Source: Chrysomallon squamiferum (Eukaryota > Animalia > Mollusca). From it: a DNA stretch of 64,000 nt. The stretch spans positions 8,680,001 to 8,744,000 of the forward strand of contig CM022668.1 of assembly GCA_012295275.1 (NCBI GenBank). Reading direction: 5' to 3'. The notes under the pieces are model-generated. The model saw only the letters and a program-made list of their open reading frames with translations, was not told the DNA's origin and did no database searches. Within the stretch, counting starts at the first letter, position 1, and every line of letters begins with the position of its first letter. Positions 15,422 to 28,542 of this stretch are shown here, one piece after another. Position numbers and translations under genes: made by a program.

Positions 15422-16601
15422 ATGAAGCATTCTGTCATCATCGCCGCTTTTGTGCTACTGTGCATGGCACTGGAATCTAGCAAAGCAATGTGGAATCTAG
15501 GTTGGGAAGATTGTTTTTAAATAAATTTCTTTAGTTTCTAGATATATGTTAATGTAGTCCCTTTTTCTTCTATACAAATATTTAGTCAGGAAATTTCCTG
15601 TATAAATGCTGCAGTTGTTGAAGTAGAAGGAGTAGCTGTTATATTAGAAGTAAGAACAGTTGTTGTTTAGATGATTGGGATAATGATACCAACAATGGCA
15701 TAAATAATATTAGATATACTAATAGCACAATACACTACTCTAGTAATAGTATTATAGTATTTATAGAAATAGTAATAGTTGTAGTAGTATCACTAGTAGT
15801 ATCACTAGTACTAGAAGCAGTAATAGCAGTATCATCAGTTGTAGCAGTAGTTGTAGCTGTAGTAGTAGTAGTAGCATTTGTAAAATTATATGTACTAGAG
15901 GTGTTAGATTGTTCTAATAGTTGTAATGGTATTTGTTCTACTAGTAATAATTACTATCGCAGTTTTCAAGTATAGCTTAAAGGAAATATAATACGAAGAC
16001 TCACAGTAATTTTGTACAGTAATGAAATTAATTTATTGCTTTAAAATGTTTGTTTGTATGTTTTATATTTTTATTATTCTTTATTTTTTTCAGTTTACGG
16101 AAGACCACGTACGTCTTACAATAAAAACAACACAAAAGAAATAATTTAAGAACAAGATAAAAAAAATGTTTTAAAGCTAGTATTAAAATATCTATCTGTT
16201 CTTATTTATTTATTTATTTTTTTATAGGTTTTTTAGGTTGTTTTTGTTATTTTTGTTTCTTCTTTTCCTCTCTTTTTTATATTGCTTTTGATCTTATGCT
16301 TCAGTTTGGTTGTGTTATTCTCTTTATTTTTATTTTCTTATTCTTTTTTTATTAAAAAATAAAAATAAAAAACAAAACACATTGTCCCCTTGTCAAATGG
16401 GATTAAAGTCTGGTTGAAATAATTAACTGTTTTAGACTGTTTAACTGTTTTAGACTGTTTAACTGTTTTAGACTGTTCAATGAGTCCGGGCGAAGTGTCC
16501 TGCGACTACAGCGACAAGCAGTGTGCAGATCGCGGCGGAATATCGCTGAGTAGTTACAACTGCATCAACAAAAATCCTTGCTGTAAAGGTGAGCCATGAA
16601 A

Positions 16602-16640
<39 letters not shown>

Positions 16641-16675
16641 CGTCAACATCATTATCATTATTTTATCAATTATTC

Positions 16676-16737
<62 letters not shown>

Positions 16738-17723
16738 GGTCTGTTATTACAGCTATTATAGCTGCTACTTCCACTCCTACTTCCACTACAACCAATACTA
16801 TTACTACTACCACTACAATACCAATACTATTACTACTACCACTACAATACCAATACTATTACTACTACCACCACTACAATACCAATACTATTACTACTAC
16901 CACCACTACAATACCAATACTATTACTACAACCAATACTACTACCACTACAACTACCAATACTAGTATTACTACTACCACCACTACAATACCAATACTAT
17001 TACTACTACCACCACAACAATACCAATAGTATTACTACTACCACCACTACAATACCAATAGTATTACTACTACCACCACTACAATACCAATACTATTACT
17101 ACTACCACCACTACAATACCAATAGTATTACTACTACCACCACTACAATACCAATAGTATTATTACTACCACCACTACAATACCAATACTATTACTACTA
17201 CTACCACCACTACAATACCAATACTATTACTACTACCACCACTACAATACCAATAGTATTACTACTACCACCACTACAATACCAATACTATTACTACTAC
17301 CACCACTACAATACCAATAGTATTACTACTACCACCACTACAATACCAATAGTATTACTACTACCACCACTACAATACCAATAGTATTACTACTACCACC
17401 ACTACAATACCAATAGTATTACTACTACCACCACTACAATACCAATACTATTACTACTACCACCACAACAATACCAATACTATTACTACAACCCCCACTA
17501 CAATACCAATACTATTACTACAACCAATACTACTACCACTACAACTACCAATACTAGTATTACTACCACTTCAACTACCAACACTGTAACTACTACCAGT
17601 CCTACAACTACTGCTGCTGATGTTAAAATCATTGTATTATTTTTGTTTTTATTGTTCTTGATGTTTGTTCCTTTCTTTTGATCAGATATATTTTTCCAAA
17701 AGATTGTTCACACCTACGAGTGA
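15422..17723 (+). CDS. Secreted 6-Cys peptide gene, copy D (with 15-nt micro-exon)
   Basis: Exon 1 15422-15500 encodes MKHSVIIAAFVLLCMALESSKAMWNL (G|GTTGGG). Micro-exon 16094-16108 encodes VYGRP. Cys exon 16472-16588 encodes HCSMSPGEVSCDYSDKQCADRGGISLSSYNCINKNPCCK (G|GTGAG). Tail exon 17686-17723 encodes DIFFQKIVHTYE*, followed by AATAAA near 17777. Confidence 0.87.
16790..17570. repeat. ~33-bp TAC/CAC-rich intronic minisatellite
   Basis: Tandem units like ACCACCACTACAATACCAATAGTATTACTACT inside the last intron of copy D. Confidence 0.88.
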
Positions 17724-17944
17724 AAAGAAAACGAAGTGATCCGTTGAACTGCACTTTAGTTGTCTTACTACGGATTAATAAACATTTCTGATGACAGTTT
17801 AAATTAGTCTGTATATAATTTGTATTTGTAGATATTTATTTATTTGTTGTTGCTGTTGCACTGTCTAGTGGCGTTGTTTTGTTGTTCTTTCCTTCTGTGA
17901 CAAATAATGTGCTTATCTGTGCTAGTGGGAGAACGAGAGAGAGC

Positions 17945-18059
<115 letters not shown>

Positions 18060-18230
18060 GTAATTTAATGTATGTGTAGGTATGTGTAGGTATCTATTTT
18101 TATGTGTGTATGTTTACATAAATATACCTTTGTACGTCTGTGTATATGTATGTATATATGGCTGCAAACATCCTTCTATTTTAATATTTGCACATTTTAT
18201 AAAGGCTAAACTATAAACGACCACAGCGAT

Positions 18231-18279
<49 letters not shown>

Positions 18280-18590
18280 GTAATAATAATTATCATCATC
18301 ATGATCATTATCGTTTGTCAGTTTATGAAAAAAGGACAAAACAAATATTTAAAAGGTAAAAGGAAATCATTAAAAGTATTTTATTAAATTAAATTTCTAG
18401 GTAGTAAACTGATTCATTAAAGCTAATCACTTTGTGTTAGGGACTTAAAAAAAATGAAAAAAGAACAGAAAAGAATGCAAATAATTAAAACATATTCATA
18501 GTCATTGAATACTATTATTGAATAATAATAATAATAAAAAAAAATAATAATAATAATAATAATAATAATAACGTTAATATTTTCACTTAC

Positions 18591-18704
18591 TTATACAGCA
18601 TGGGTTTCCATTTCGGCATGCATATTCAACCTCAACATAACCAGACTATATAGCATTCGCCATGAGTATACCTGCAGTATGCTCGTAGTGGATTAAAATA
18701 CAGT
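18591..18704 (-). pseudogene. Frameshifted Cys exon of the peptide family, copy E
   Basis: Intact AG and GTAAGT boundaries, 114 nt. Reconstructs to C..NPLRAYCRYTHGECYIV.GYVEVEYACRNGNPCCI, but as assembled it has compensating -1/-2 deletions and an in-frame TAG. Confidence 0.78.
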
Positions 18705-19394
18705 CTACAAAAAAGAATATATATATATATATATTTAATTAAGATTCATTTTTCATTCCAAATTTGTAGAGATAAAGTAATAAATGTATTGGAGAAGAAG
18801 AAGCATGAGAGAATTTCCATGCATTTTGTATTCTTCATTTGATTTATTGATTTATTGATTTATTTATTTAAACGTGCTACTTTTAAAGAAAAAAAACTTA
18901 CGCTTTTTTTCTGAAAAGACAAAAAAGAAATAAACTGTAGGAAAGAAATATATATATAATATAAATATATATATTTGTCTTATTTACTGTAAGAACTACT
19001 GCAGCTGCTGCTACTATTACACTGCCATCACCGTTACCTTTGACACTACTAAAGCTGCTACTACCATAACTGTGACTGTTACTATTACCAATACCAAGAA
19101 AATAATGTGTTTACCACTGCTATTACTACCACTACTACTTAACGACGTATACCGTCAGTGTTTTGTGTTGCTGCTGCTAATTTTATTACTTATGTTATTA
19201 CTATTACTTCTATCTTTACTACTTGTCTAACATAAATTTACTGCTATATCTCACGAGAAAATTCTGACGAGAAACACCTGAAAAATATCTCTACTAGTAG
19301 TAATATTGCCTCTATTACTACTGTGTTAATATTAATAACAACAACAACAATAACAACAACACAACAAACAACAATAATAATAATAATAATAATA

Positions 19395-19429
<35 letters not shown>

Positions 19430-20015
19430 AACAATTAAAATGATAACGATGATGATAGTGATGATGAGATACTTTTTATTTGATTTTTCCTTCCATTGTT
19501 TATTCTTTACTTATAATTAATATTTACGTGTATGTGTATCTAAGTGTCAGATATTAGTATATCCAGCAGTTAGTGTTGAACTCAAAATGACGTCCAGCTG
19601 AAATTACTCGTTCACTGCTTGCAAAATTCGTGCTACATTCCATTGCTTTAACAGAATAAACTTGTTTTACCTTTGTTTTTGATGGGGTTTTTCACTATAT
19701 TTCTTATTTTTCTTATATTTAAATTTTCAGTTGCTTCTTAAGTGAAGAAAATAATGACTATATAGTTTGACAGACTCTAGAAATATTCATTTGAATTTCT
19801 TCTGAAATAATTTAAGTAAATATTTTCTAAAATGCAGGATGTGTTTAGTTATACTATTTTCATTTCTTCTTCTCTTTTCTTTTCTTAAACTTTTTTTCAC
19901 TTACTTTAAGAACGAACAACTAGAAATACTACAAACATATATATATTATATATATATATATATTATATAAATTGCCATCTATAAATTGCCATTCGCTTTC
20001 TGCGAGCCTGTGTAA

Positions 20016-20164
20016 GTGTGTGTGTGTATATATATATATATACAAATATATATGTGTGTTTGTGTGTATATATATATATACAAATATATATGTGTGTGTG
20101 TGTATATATATATATACAAATATATATGTGTGTGTGTGTGTATATATATATATACAAATATATA

Positions 20165-20200
<36 letters not shown>

Positions 20201-20216
20201 CAAAATATATATTGTA

Positions 20217-20252
<36 letters not shown>

Positions 20253-20262
20253 CAAATATATA

Positions 20263-20302
<40 letters not shown>

Positions 20303-20320
20303 CAAATATATATGTGTGTT

Positions 20321-20352
<32 letters not shown>

Positions 20353-20374
20353 CAAATATATATACAAATGTGTT

Positions 20375-20408
<34 letters not shown>

Positions 20409-20411
20409 CAA

Positions 20412-20464
<53 letters not shown>

Positions 20465-20512
20465 CAAAAATATATGTGTGTGTGTGTGTGTATATATATA
20501 TACAAATATATA

Positions 20513-20544
<32 letters not shown>

Positions 20545-20552
20545 CAAATATA

Positions 20553-20587
<35 letters not shown>

Positions 20588-20630
20588 GTGTGTTTGTGTG
20601 TGTGTGTGTGTATATATATACAAATATATA

Positions 20631-20662
<32 letters not shown>

Positions 20663-20674
20663 CAAAAATATATA

Positions 20675-20708
<34 letters not shown>

Positions 20709-20718
20709 CAAATATATA

Positions 20719-20750
<32 letters not shown>

Positions 20751-21008
20751 CAAAAATATATATGTGTTTGTGTGTGTGTGTATATATATATACAAAATAT
20801 ATATGTGTGTGTGTGTGTGTATATATATATATACAAATATATATATGTGTTTTGTGTGTGTGTGTGTGTATATATATATACAAATATATGTGTGTGTTGT
20901 GTGTATATATATATACAATATATATGTGTGTGTGTGTGTATATATATATATAAAAATATATGTGTTTGTTTGTGTGTGTGTGTGTATATATATATATACA
21001 AATATATA

Positions 21009-21040
<32 letters not shown>

Positions 21041-21123
21041 CAAAATATATATGTGTGTGTGTGTGTATATATATACAAATATATATGTGTGTGTGTGTGT
21101 ATATATATACAAACAAATATATA

Positions 21124-21155
<32 letters not shown>

Positions 21156-21163
21156 CAAATATA

Positions 21164-21197
<34 letters not shown>

Positions 21198-21293
21198 CAA
21201 ATATATGTGTGTATATATATATATACAAATATTTGTGTGTGTGTGTGTGTATATATATATATACAAATATATATGTGTGTTTGTGTGTGTGTG
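20016..21293. repeat. Compound (TG)n(TA)nCAAA satellite
   Basis: Direct higher-order microsatellite array. Source of several spurious 300-445 aa ORFs. Confidence 0.95.
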
Positions 21294-21729
21294 CTAAGAA
21301 GTAACACAGATTGACAAAAAATAGTAATATCTGAACAATATTAATTTTTGTTTTTCATTCTAAAACAAAAAAATAGTAATATCTGAACAATATTAATTTT
21401 TGTTTTCATTCTAAATACATAACTTAATAATAAATGTGTCCGCCTGTCCATATTCAATTATTAATAATAAATGCATGAAGATTTTCATCAAAACAGATAT
21501 CCATATTCAATTTTTAAAAATTATTAAAATTCTGTCCCATATATACATGTATGTATGTGTTTTAATAATGGATGCACAATATGAAAGATAATAACTATTT
21601 TATTCTATTGTGTTTATGTTTTAATTATTAGCTTATTTATTTATGTATTTACGATTCTTCTGCTTCTTCTTCTTCTTCTTCTTCTTCTTCTTCTTCTTCT
21701 TCTTCTTCTTCTTCTTTCTTCTTCTTCTT

Positions 21730-21760
<31 letters not shown>

Positions 21761-22062
21761 TTATTATTATTATTATTATCATTATTATTTACACTATTTG
21801 TTTTATTTATTTATTCATTCTGAATACTGTAAGTTTGGGTGAATTGTTGCCTTCTGTCCTTCATAAGTTCTCTTTGAATAAAACCTTCTCACCAGGGTGG
21901 CGGTCGCTTTTTCGAGCATCACTAGGAAAACCATTAACTGTATGTAAACGATTCTAATGAAGATAACTTAATATGAATGTTTGTCATGAATAATACGTAT
22001 TATCTTTTTTTCCAACAGTATGAAAGCTTCAAAAGCACTTACATGACCACAGAAGTGTTTTT

Positions 22063-22353
22063 GACTGGACGCAGTGAAACACGCACAGTGTAACACACAC
22101 GTTACTGCGACGTGGCTGTAACGTGATGGACTGGACGCAGTGAAACACGCACAGTGTAACGCACACGTTACTGCGACGTGGCTGTAACGTGATGGACTGG
22201 ACGCAGTGAAACACGCACAGTGTAACGCACACGTTACTGCGACGTGGCTGTAACGTGATGGACTGGACGCAGTGAAACACGCACAGTGTAACGCACACGT
22301 TACTGCGACGTGGCTGTAACGTGATGGACTGGACGCAGTGAAATACGCACAGT
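22063..22353. repeat. 66-bp tandem repeat, ~4.4 near-identical units
   Basis: Unit starts GACTGGACGCAGTGAAACACGCACAG at 22063, 22129, 22195, 22261 and 22327, with no spacers. Confidence 0.93.
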
Positions 22354-23121
22354 ACTAAACAAATCTTTATTTGTGTTCATCTAAAATGTTACGACAGCCT
22401 AAGAGCGTTATTTTATTATTACCTTTATTTTTTAAATTATTATTATTATTATTTTTGTATTACTTTGTGTGTGTGTTGTAAAAAGTGACGTATATGTAAC
22501 CATCTATAATTTTATGATATTTATATTGTTTTTAGTGATTATTGCAGCTATTGCTCTTGGCAGACTTACTCAAACCACTGCTGGTCAAATAAAAATAAAG
22601 ATAAAAATAAAAATAAAAATAAAAATAAAAATAAAAATAAAAATAAAAATAAAAATAAAAATAAAAATAAAAATAAAAATAAAAATAAAAATAAAAATAA
22701 AAATAAAAATAAAAATAAAAATAAAAATAAAAATAAAAATAAAAATAAAAAATAAAAAATAAAATAAATAAAACAAAATAATATAAAATAAAATAAAATA
22801 AAATTATATTTATCATATCCTCTCACTGTGCTAAAACACGTTTGTTATTTGTCAAACAAAGATGTTAACATTTATTAATGTTAATTTCTTCTATCATTCT
22901 GGAAAATGTAAAATTAAAATACTAAGAATATTAAAGTTATTATTTGGCAGAAAACGCGCGTGCACACATACAGGCAGAGACAGACAAACACAGACTAATA
23001 GCTAGACAGATCGGTAAATACACACTCAAAGGTAGGTATAAAGATAGACAGACAGACAGAGAGATAGACACATATATACAAAGATGAATGGAGAAAGACA
23101 TATATTTATTTATCTATCCAT

Positions 23122-23225
<104 letters not shown>

Positions 23226-24331
23226 AGTTTAATTTTTTTCACTTATATATATATATTTAGTAGGTTATTTATTTATTTATTTATTTATTATTTTTTATTA
23301 TTTTTATTTTTTTTTTTGGACGACGACTATTAAATATACCATTGCACAAATTTAGATTTACATTAATCATAAATTTACTATTACCATTACTACTACTACT
23401 GCTAAACTACAACTGCTTCTACTACTACATCGTCTAGTACTGAAGGAAAATAACTATTTATTTATTAACTGCGTATAACACAGACAAACACTAAATATAA
23501 AAAAGATTAGTCACATTTGTAAGTGTTTATAATTTGCATAACCAATTTACACTATCAAGTGACGGCAATGTGACAGCTGATTATGGTGTCAGATACTGTA
23601 TATATAAAGCGATATTCATAAGCATGTATAAAAAGTGAAATGTATCACTGAAAAAACAGAACTAATCATTCATTTCAGAGTTAAGGAAAGAACCAAGGTG
23701 GGTACGGTTATGTAGAAGTTGTGGAAGCAATGAATACTTTGGTAATGACATCAGAGAAATGTACATCAAAGAGGAATGGATAACTCTAAAATTAAATGTT
23801 TTCATTTTGCTCTATATACGGACCTATGGATGACAAATCCACAGCGTTAAATTGTAAACACTCGTTTTTTTTTGCATGTAACACACTGGAAAGGACGACC
23901 AAGTCCAATCAAACCTCACAAACCGTGTCAGATGCCACTGACGAGTCTCGAACCCAATAGCCCGCACTTTGAAGGTGAAAGACAATATGTATATATGTTT
24001 GTTTCTATTGATCCTTGTGTGTGTTTGTGTATAGGTGTGTGCGTAAGTGTGTCTGTGTGTGTCTGTGTATGTGTGTAGATACATATATGAATTTATGTAT
24101 TTATATTCATGAAGATATTTATGTATTTATGTATGTGTGAACATTTGTATTTATGTATATATGATAATATGTATGTATGTATGAATGCATATATTTAAGT
24201 GTTTATGTAACTATGCATGTACATATTTATCTTGTATTTATAAATGTATGGATGTATGTATGTGCATTATGTATTTATATATATGTAAGTACGTATGTAT
24301 GCATATATTAATGCATATATATATGTATATG

Positions 24332-25007
24332 CAGTGGTACCTTGACTTACCTTGCCCCAGCTAACGAGTTTTCCGAGTTACGAGCAGTCGGTTGGTTGAT
24401 TTTTTTTGCTTTGAGTAGCGAGCGAAAATCCGAACAGCATCTCGCGTCTCACTTGTTTCCTTTACGTGGTTACCTCGCCGCGGAAACATCTCTGTTGTGT
24501 CGTGTTCGCGTTTTGTGCAGTGTTTAGCCAATTTTTTTTTCTGACCATGGATCGTAAGAAAGTGAGTGCAAAGGACAGTGCTGAGAAGAAGAAGCGGATG
24601 ATGTTCATTGAATGTTTTAGCATGAAATCATAGAAAAACATGAGTGAGGTGTGCACGTAATCGACTTGGCTAGGCACACGAGCGTAGTACCATACTGAAG
24701 CAGGGGTTGGTATAGGCTCTAACTCCAGTTGAAGGCGTTAAATAATTTGTCTGATCTTTACAAAACCAATTTATTTATTTACATTCTCTTTTATTTTGTT
24801 TTTTTATACAATATTTATCACTTATAAATACATTTTACTTATTTAAAAAAACGTTACAAACGTTTCAAATGGTGTGGTTTTGGGGGCTGGAACGGATTAA
24901 TAGTATTTCAGTTAATTTCAGTTGGAAAAATTTATTTGATATACGAGCAAATTGAGTTACGAGCTAAGACTCGGAACGAATTAAACTCATAAGTCAAGGT
25001 ACCACTG
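24332..25007 (+). mobile_element. Non-autonomous Tigger/pogo-like DNA transposon
   Basis: TIRs CAGTGGTACCTTGACTTA ... TAAGTCAAGGTACCACTG followed by TA. An internal remnant of a transposase N-terminal HTH reads MDRKKVSAKDSAEKKKRMM... A related copy lies at ~56.7-57.2 kb. Confidence 0.85.
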
Positions 25008-25849
25008 TATTTATATAAGTAAATATGGGTGTATGTATATATGTATCTATGTATGTTACGGACTATTAGACCTGGGACCTTCGGACTATATAGTTTTAGC
25101 TATATCAACCATCTTTTAATAATAGTGAAAATACCAAATTCAGTTCTTCTTAAAATGTATTAGCTCAATACCTGAACACTCTAAATTACCAACACGTGTC
25201 CAAGCTCTTGTTCAGTTTCAAGGTGTTAGGCTTTCCACCTGTCAAAACGGTGGATGATAGCCCGTGTAATTCATGAATGAACTGTCATAAAGACTAGCTC
25301 TTCTCGTAACTACAGAAGCTGTTGTTCTATGAAATATCCGTCATCTGAATCTATTTTTTTATTATATAAATAAGATTAAAACGAAAAAGAATGAAAGTAA
25401 GGAAATTGTCGTCCCTTGAAATAAAGATTGGCCAAAATGTCAGTTCACCTCATACAGGTAATGTACAAGCATTTTTTTGTGATGTGAGGTACAAAAAATA
25501 TTTTTAAAATACAACATAAATAATTCTCTTCTCTACTCAGTTTCTCTTTATAATTTTTGTCTATTTCTTATTTTATTTTTTAACATTTTTATAGAATTTT
25601 ATGTTTCTCTTTTATCTTTCACTGTATATTTATATATATGTGACAATGAATATTTCTGCAATATACATTAATATCCAGAAGACGCAGTATGAAGCTATCC
25701 ATCGTCATTGTCATTGTAGGTAATTTAACTTTCGGAAATTCGAGAGCATCATGTAAGTCTCATTAGCTTCATATAAGATGGAGCTAAACACAAACACATA
25801 CATACTCACCTCATACACATATTTTTACCTAATTATATCATATCTACTG

Positions 25850-25894
<45 letters not shown>

Positions 25895-26626
25895 CATACA
25901 TAAATACATACACACGTACCTACAAACATACAAAGATCATACATACATTTACACTTACATGCCATACGTACATATATACGCAACAACATGAAGGCGTTTT
26001 TTGCATCTACATTATGATAGCATTATAACATTAAATATCCAGTGTCTGTATGATCAATTACCGTCACATAACATTGGCATCCACTGGCATCCATTTGATA
26101 GAAGACAAAATGTCCTGTTTTATGGGTTATGTAATGTATCATTTGTCAGAAGCGCAAACACACACACACATTACGATTCAGAGCACACCTACCCATTAGC
26201 CGTTTGATTATGATTCATCTAATATTAGTTGAAAACACGCAGCGTAAAAACAAATATTCATTATAGAATTTTCTGTCATAATACACATATTTTATAATGT
26301 TAATAATAAAGTGTTCTGTTGCTGGAAACATCAAGGAAAGTTTGACAGGCAAGTTGTTTATTAGCCGAATGTCAACATCTTTCCAGAAACATTCGTCATA
26401 TTTCCGTGTCAGTCTAATAAAACAGAAGCAGATTTTAGTAAGCATACTAGTGTAGAAGTGACCACAGATTTATTCATTCACGTTTTAGCATTTTGATATA
26501 TTTCAAAGATATATTTGTGATCTGTGGATAGATACTTTGTTATGCACAATCACAAAGATTTTTCCTTTACATATTACTGTCATCGTTTCTTGCAGTCAAA
26601 ATAAATATAGCAGGAAAGGCAGCACG

Positions 26627-26716
26627 ATGTTGTTTATCGTCATTGCCGTTGTCTTAGCACGATGCGCCACAAACACGCTTCTGCGTAAGTTCCATCATTT
26701 TATACTCGCTCTATTT

Positions 26717-26747
<31 letters not shown>

Positions 26748-27335
26748 TTATTATTATTATCATCATTATCATCATGATTATTATTACCATCATAATTATA
26801 AATATTAGTAGTAGTACTAGAATTACTATTATATTATAATTACTATTACTATTATTATTATTATCATCATCATCATCATCATCATCATTATTCATTGTTT
26901 ATTTATTTATTTATCTGTTTGTTTGTTTATTTATGTACTTATTTACATATTTGCTTATTTACTTTTTTTTATTTATTTGTTTTCTTATTTATTTATTTAT
27001 TTATTTATTCATTTATTTATTCATTCATTCATTCAGACTGCACCTATGCGCCTCCGCCAGCGACGTGCAAGTACGTTTTCCACGTGTGTGATGCTGTGGG
27101 AAGAGTAATGTCTCATTACTTCTGCTTCAACAGAAGACCCTGCTGTCATCGTAAGTCAACATTTCATCATGTTCAACCTAGGAATGTTTTAAACATTTTT
27201 ACTCATACTACTGCAACCACTACTAACATTATTTTTATTTCTGTGCCCACTTCTTGTATTATCGTATATTGATTTCATTCATAGAAATGTGACTTGTGTT
27301 TGTATGCATGAAATATTTGTACTTTTATTAATAAA

Positions 27336-27376
<41 letters not shown>

Positions 27377-28381
27377 TTATTATTATTAGTGTTAGGCTGG
27401 TATTACTACTATTACTACTATTATTACTACTACCATTACTAACATTACAACAACTACTACTATTTACTACCACTGCTACTGCAATCACCACCACCATTAC
27501 TACTACAATTACTACTATCACTACCACTGCAACCATTACTATTAGAACTACAACTACTGATACTACAGCTACTACTGTGAGTACTGCTAGTGTAAGTAAA
27601 GGTATTATTACTATGACTACTTATCATTACAAACTAATTGCACTAATACCACTGGTCCTCCGTCTACTCTGAGTATTCCCATTGACAAAAGGTTTAATTA
27701 AATTATTATTACTCCATTCTCCTGAAACCACCCTTCAGTGCAGAAACAGTTGTCGTTGTGTTACGCCCATCATTAAACATTACAATTTAAGTGTACTTAT
27801 GGTAAGAATGGTTATCTGCCACCTTCGATGATTTGATTGACAGCTATTATATAAAGTTATTTATTAGTATTACCTTGTTTGGTTAATCTACTATTACGAC
27901 AACAACTACTAGTATAACACAGCTATCACTAATATTACTGCTTCTTGAGCAACCAATACTCCTACTGCTATTATTATAACCGTATACTGTTTCTACAGCA
28001 CTATGGCTACATCAACTATTAATACTACTGAGGCTATAACAACTAGCACTGCTAGCACTCCTACTGCTACTACTACTACTATTATACTACTGCTATTACC
28101 AGTAATATTGTTATTATTAGTTACTATCACTACTATCATTACTAAAAATAAAAGCGGTACCACATAAACTAATACTATTACCATTATCGTTGCCTCCACT
28201 ACTACTATACCTGTTAGTAATAAGAATACTATTACAATTACTTACTACTTCTACTACTACCACTACTATACTGCTACTGCTGCTGCTGTTGCTACTACTG
28301 TTGCTGCAACAATGATAATAATATATTTCATATTGTTTTTTTTTTTCAGTTGGTGATGATTTAGATTGGAAATATACTTGA
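26627..28381 (+). CDS. Secreted 6-Cys peptide gene, copy F
   Basis: Signal exon 26627-26684 encodes MLFIVIAVVLARCATNTLL (C|GTAAGT). An alternative start exon 25689-25719 encodes MKLSIVIVIV. Cys exon 27037-27150 (114 nt) encodes HCTYAPPPATCKYVFHVCDAVGRVMSHYFCFNRRPCCH (|GTAAGT). Tail exon 28350-28381 encodes LGDDLDWKYT*. Confidence 0.82.
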
Positions 28382-28484
28382 TATGTATTCTTCAACAAGT
28401 TATACTTATAAAACAATATTCAAAAGTACTCAGATGTTCTCCTCTTTTCATTCCATTTTAGTTAGTATTTTTATTATTATATGA

Positions 28485-28542
<58 letters not shown>

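Noticed and set aside
19929-21314. ORFs of 300-445 aa on both strands
   Set aside because: Pure (TG)n/(TA)n satellite translations.
22063-22353. Regular repeats as a CRISPR-like array or a Cys-rich repeat protein
   Set aside because: Units are head-to-tail and near-identical with no unique spacers, the context is eukaryotic, and there is no credible start or splice support.
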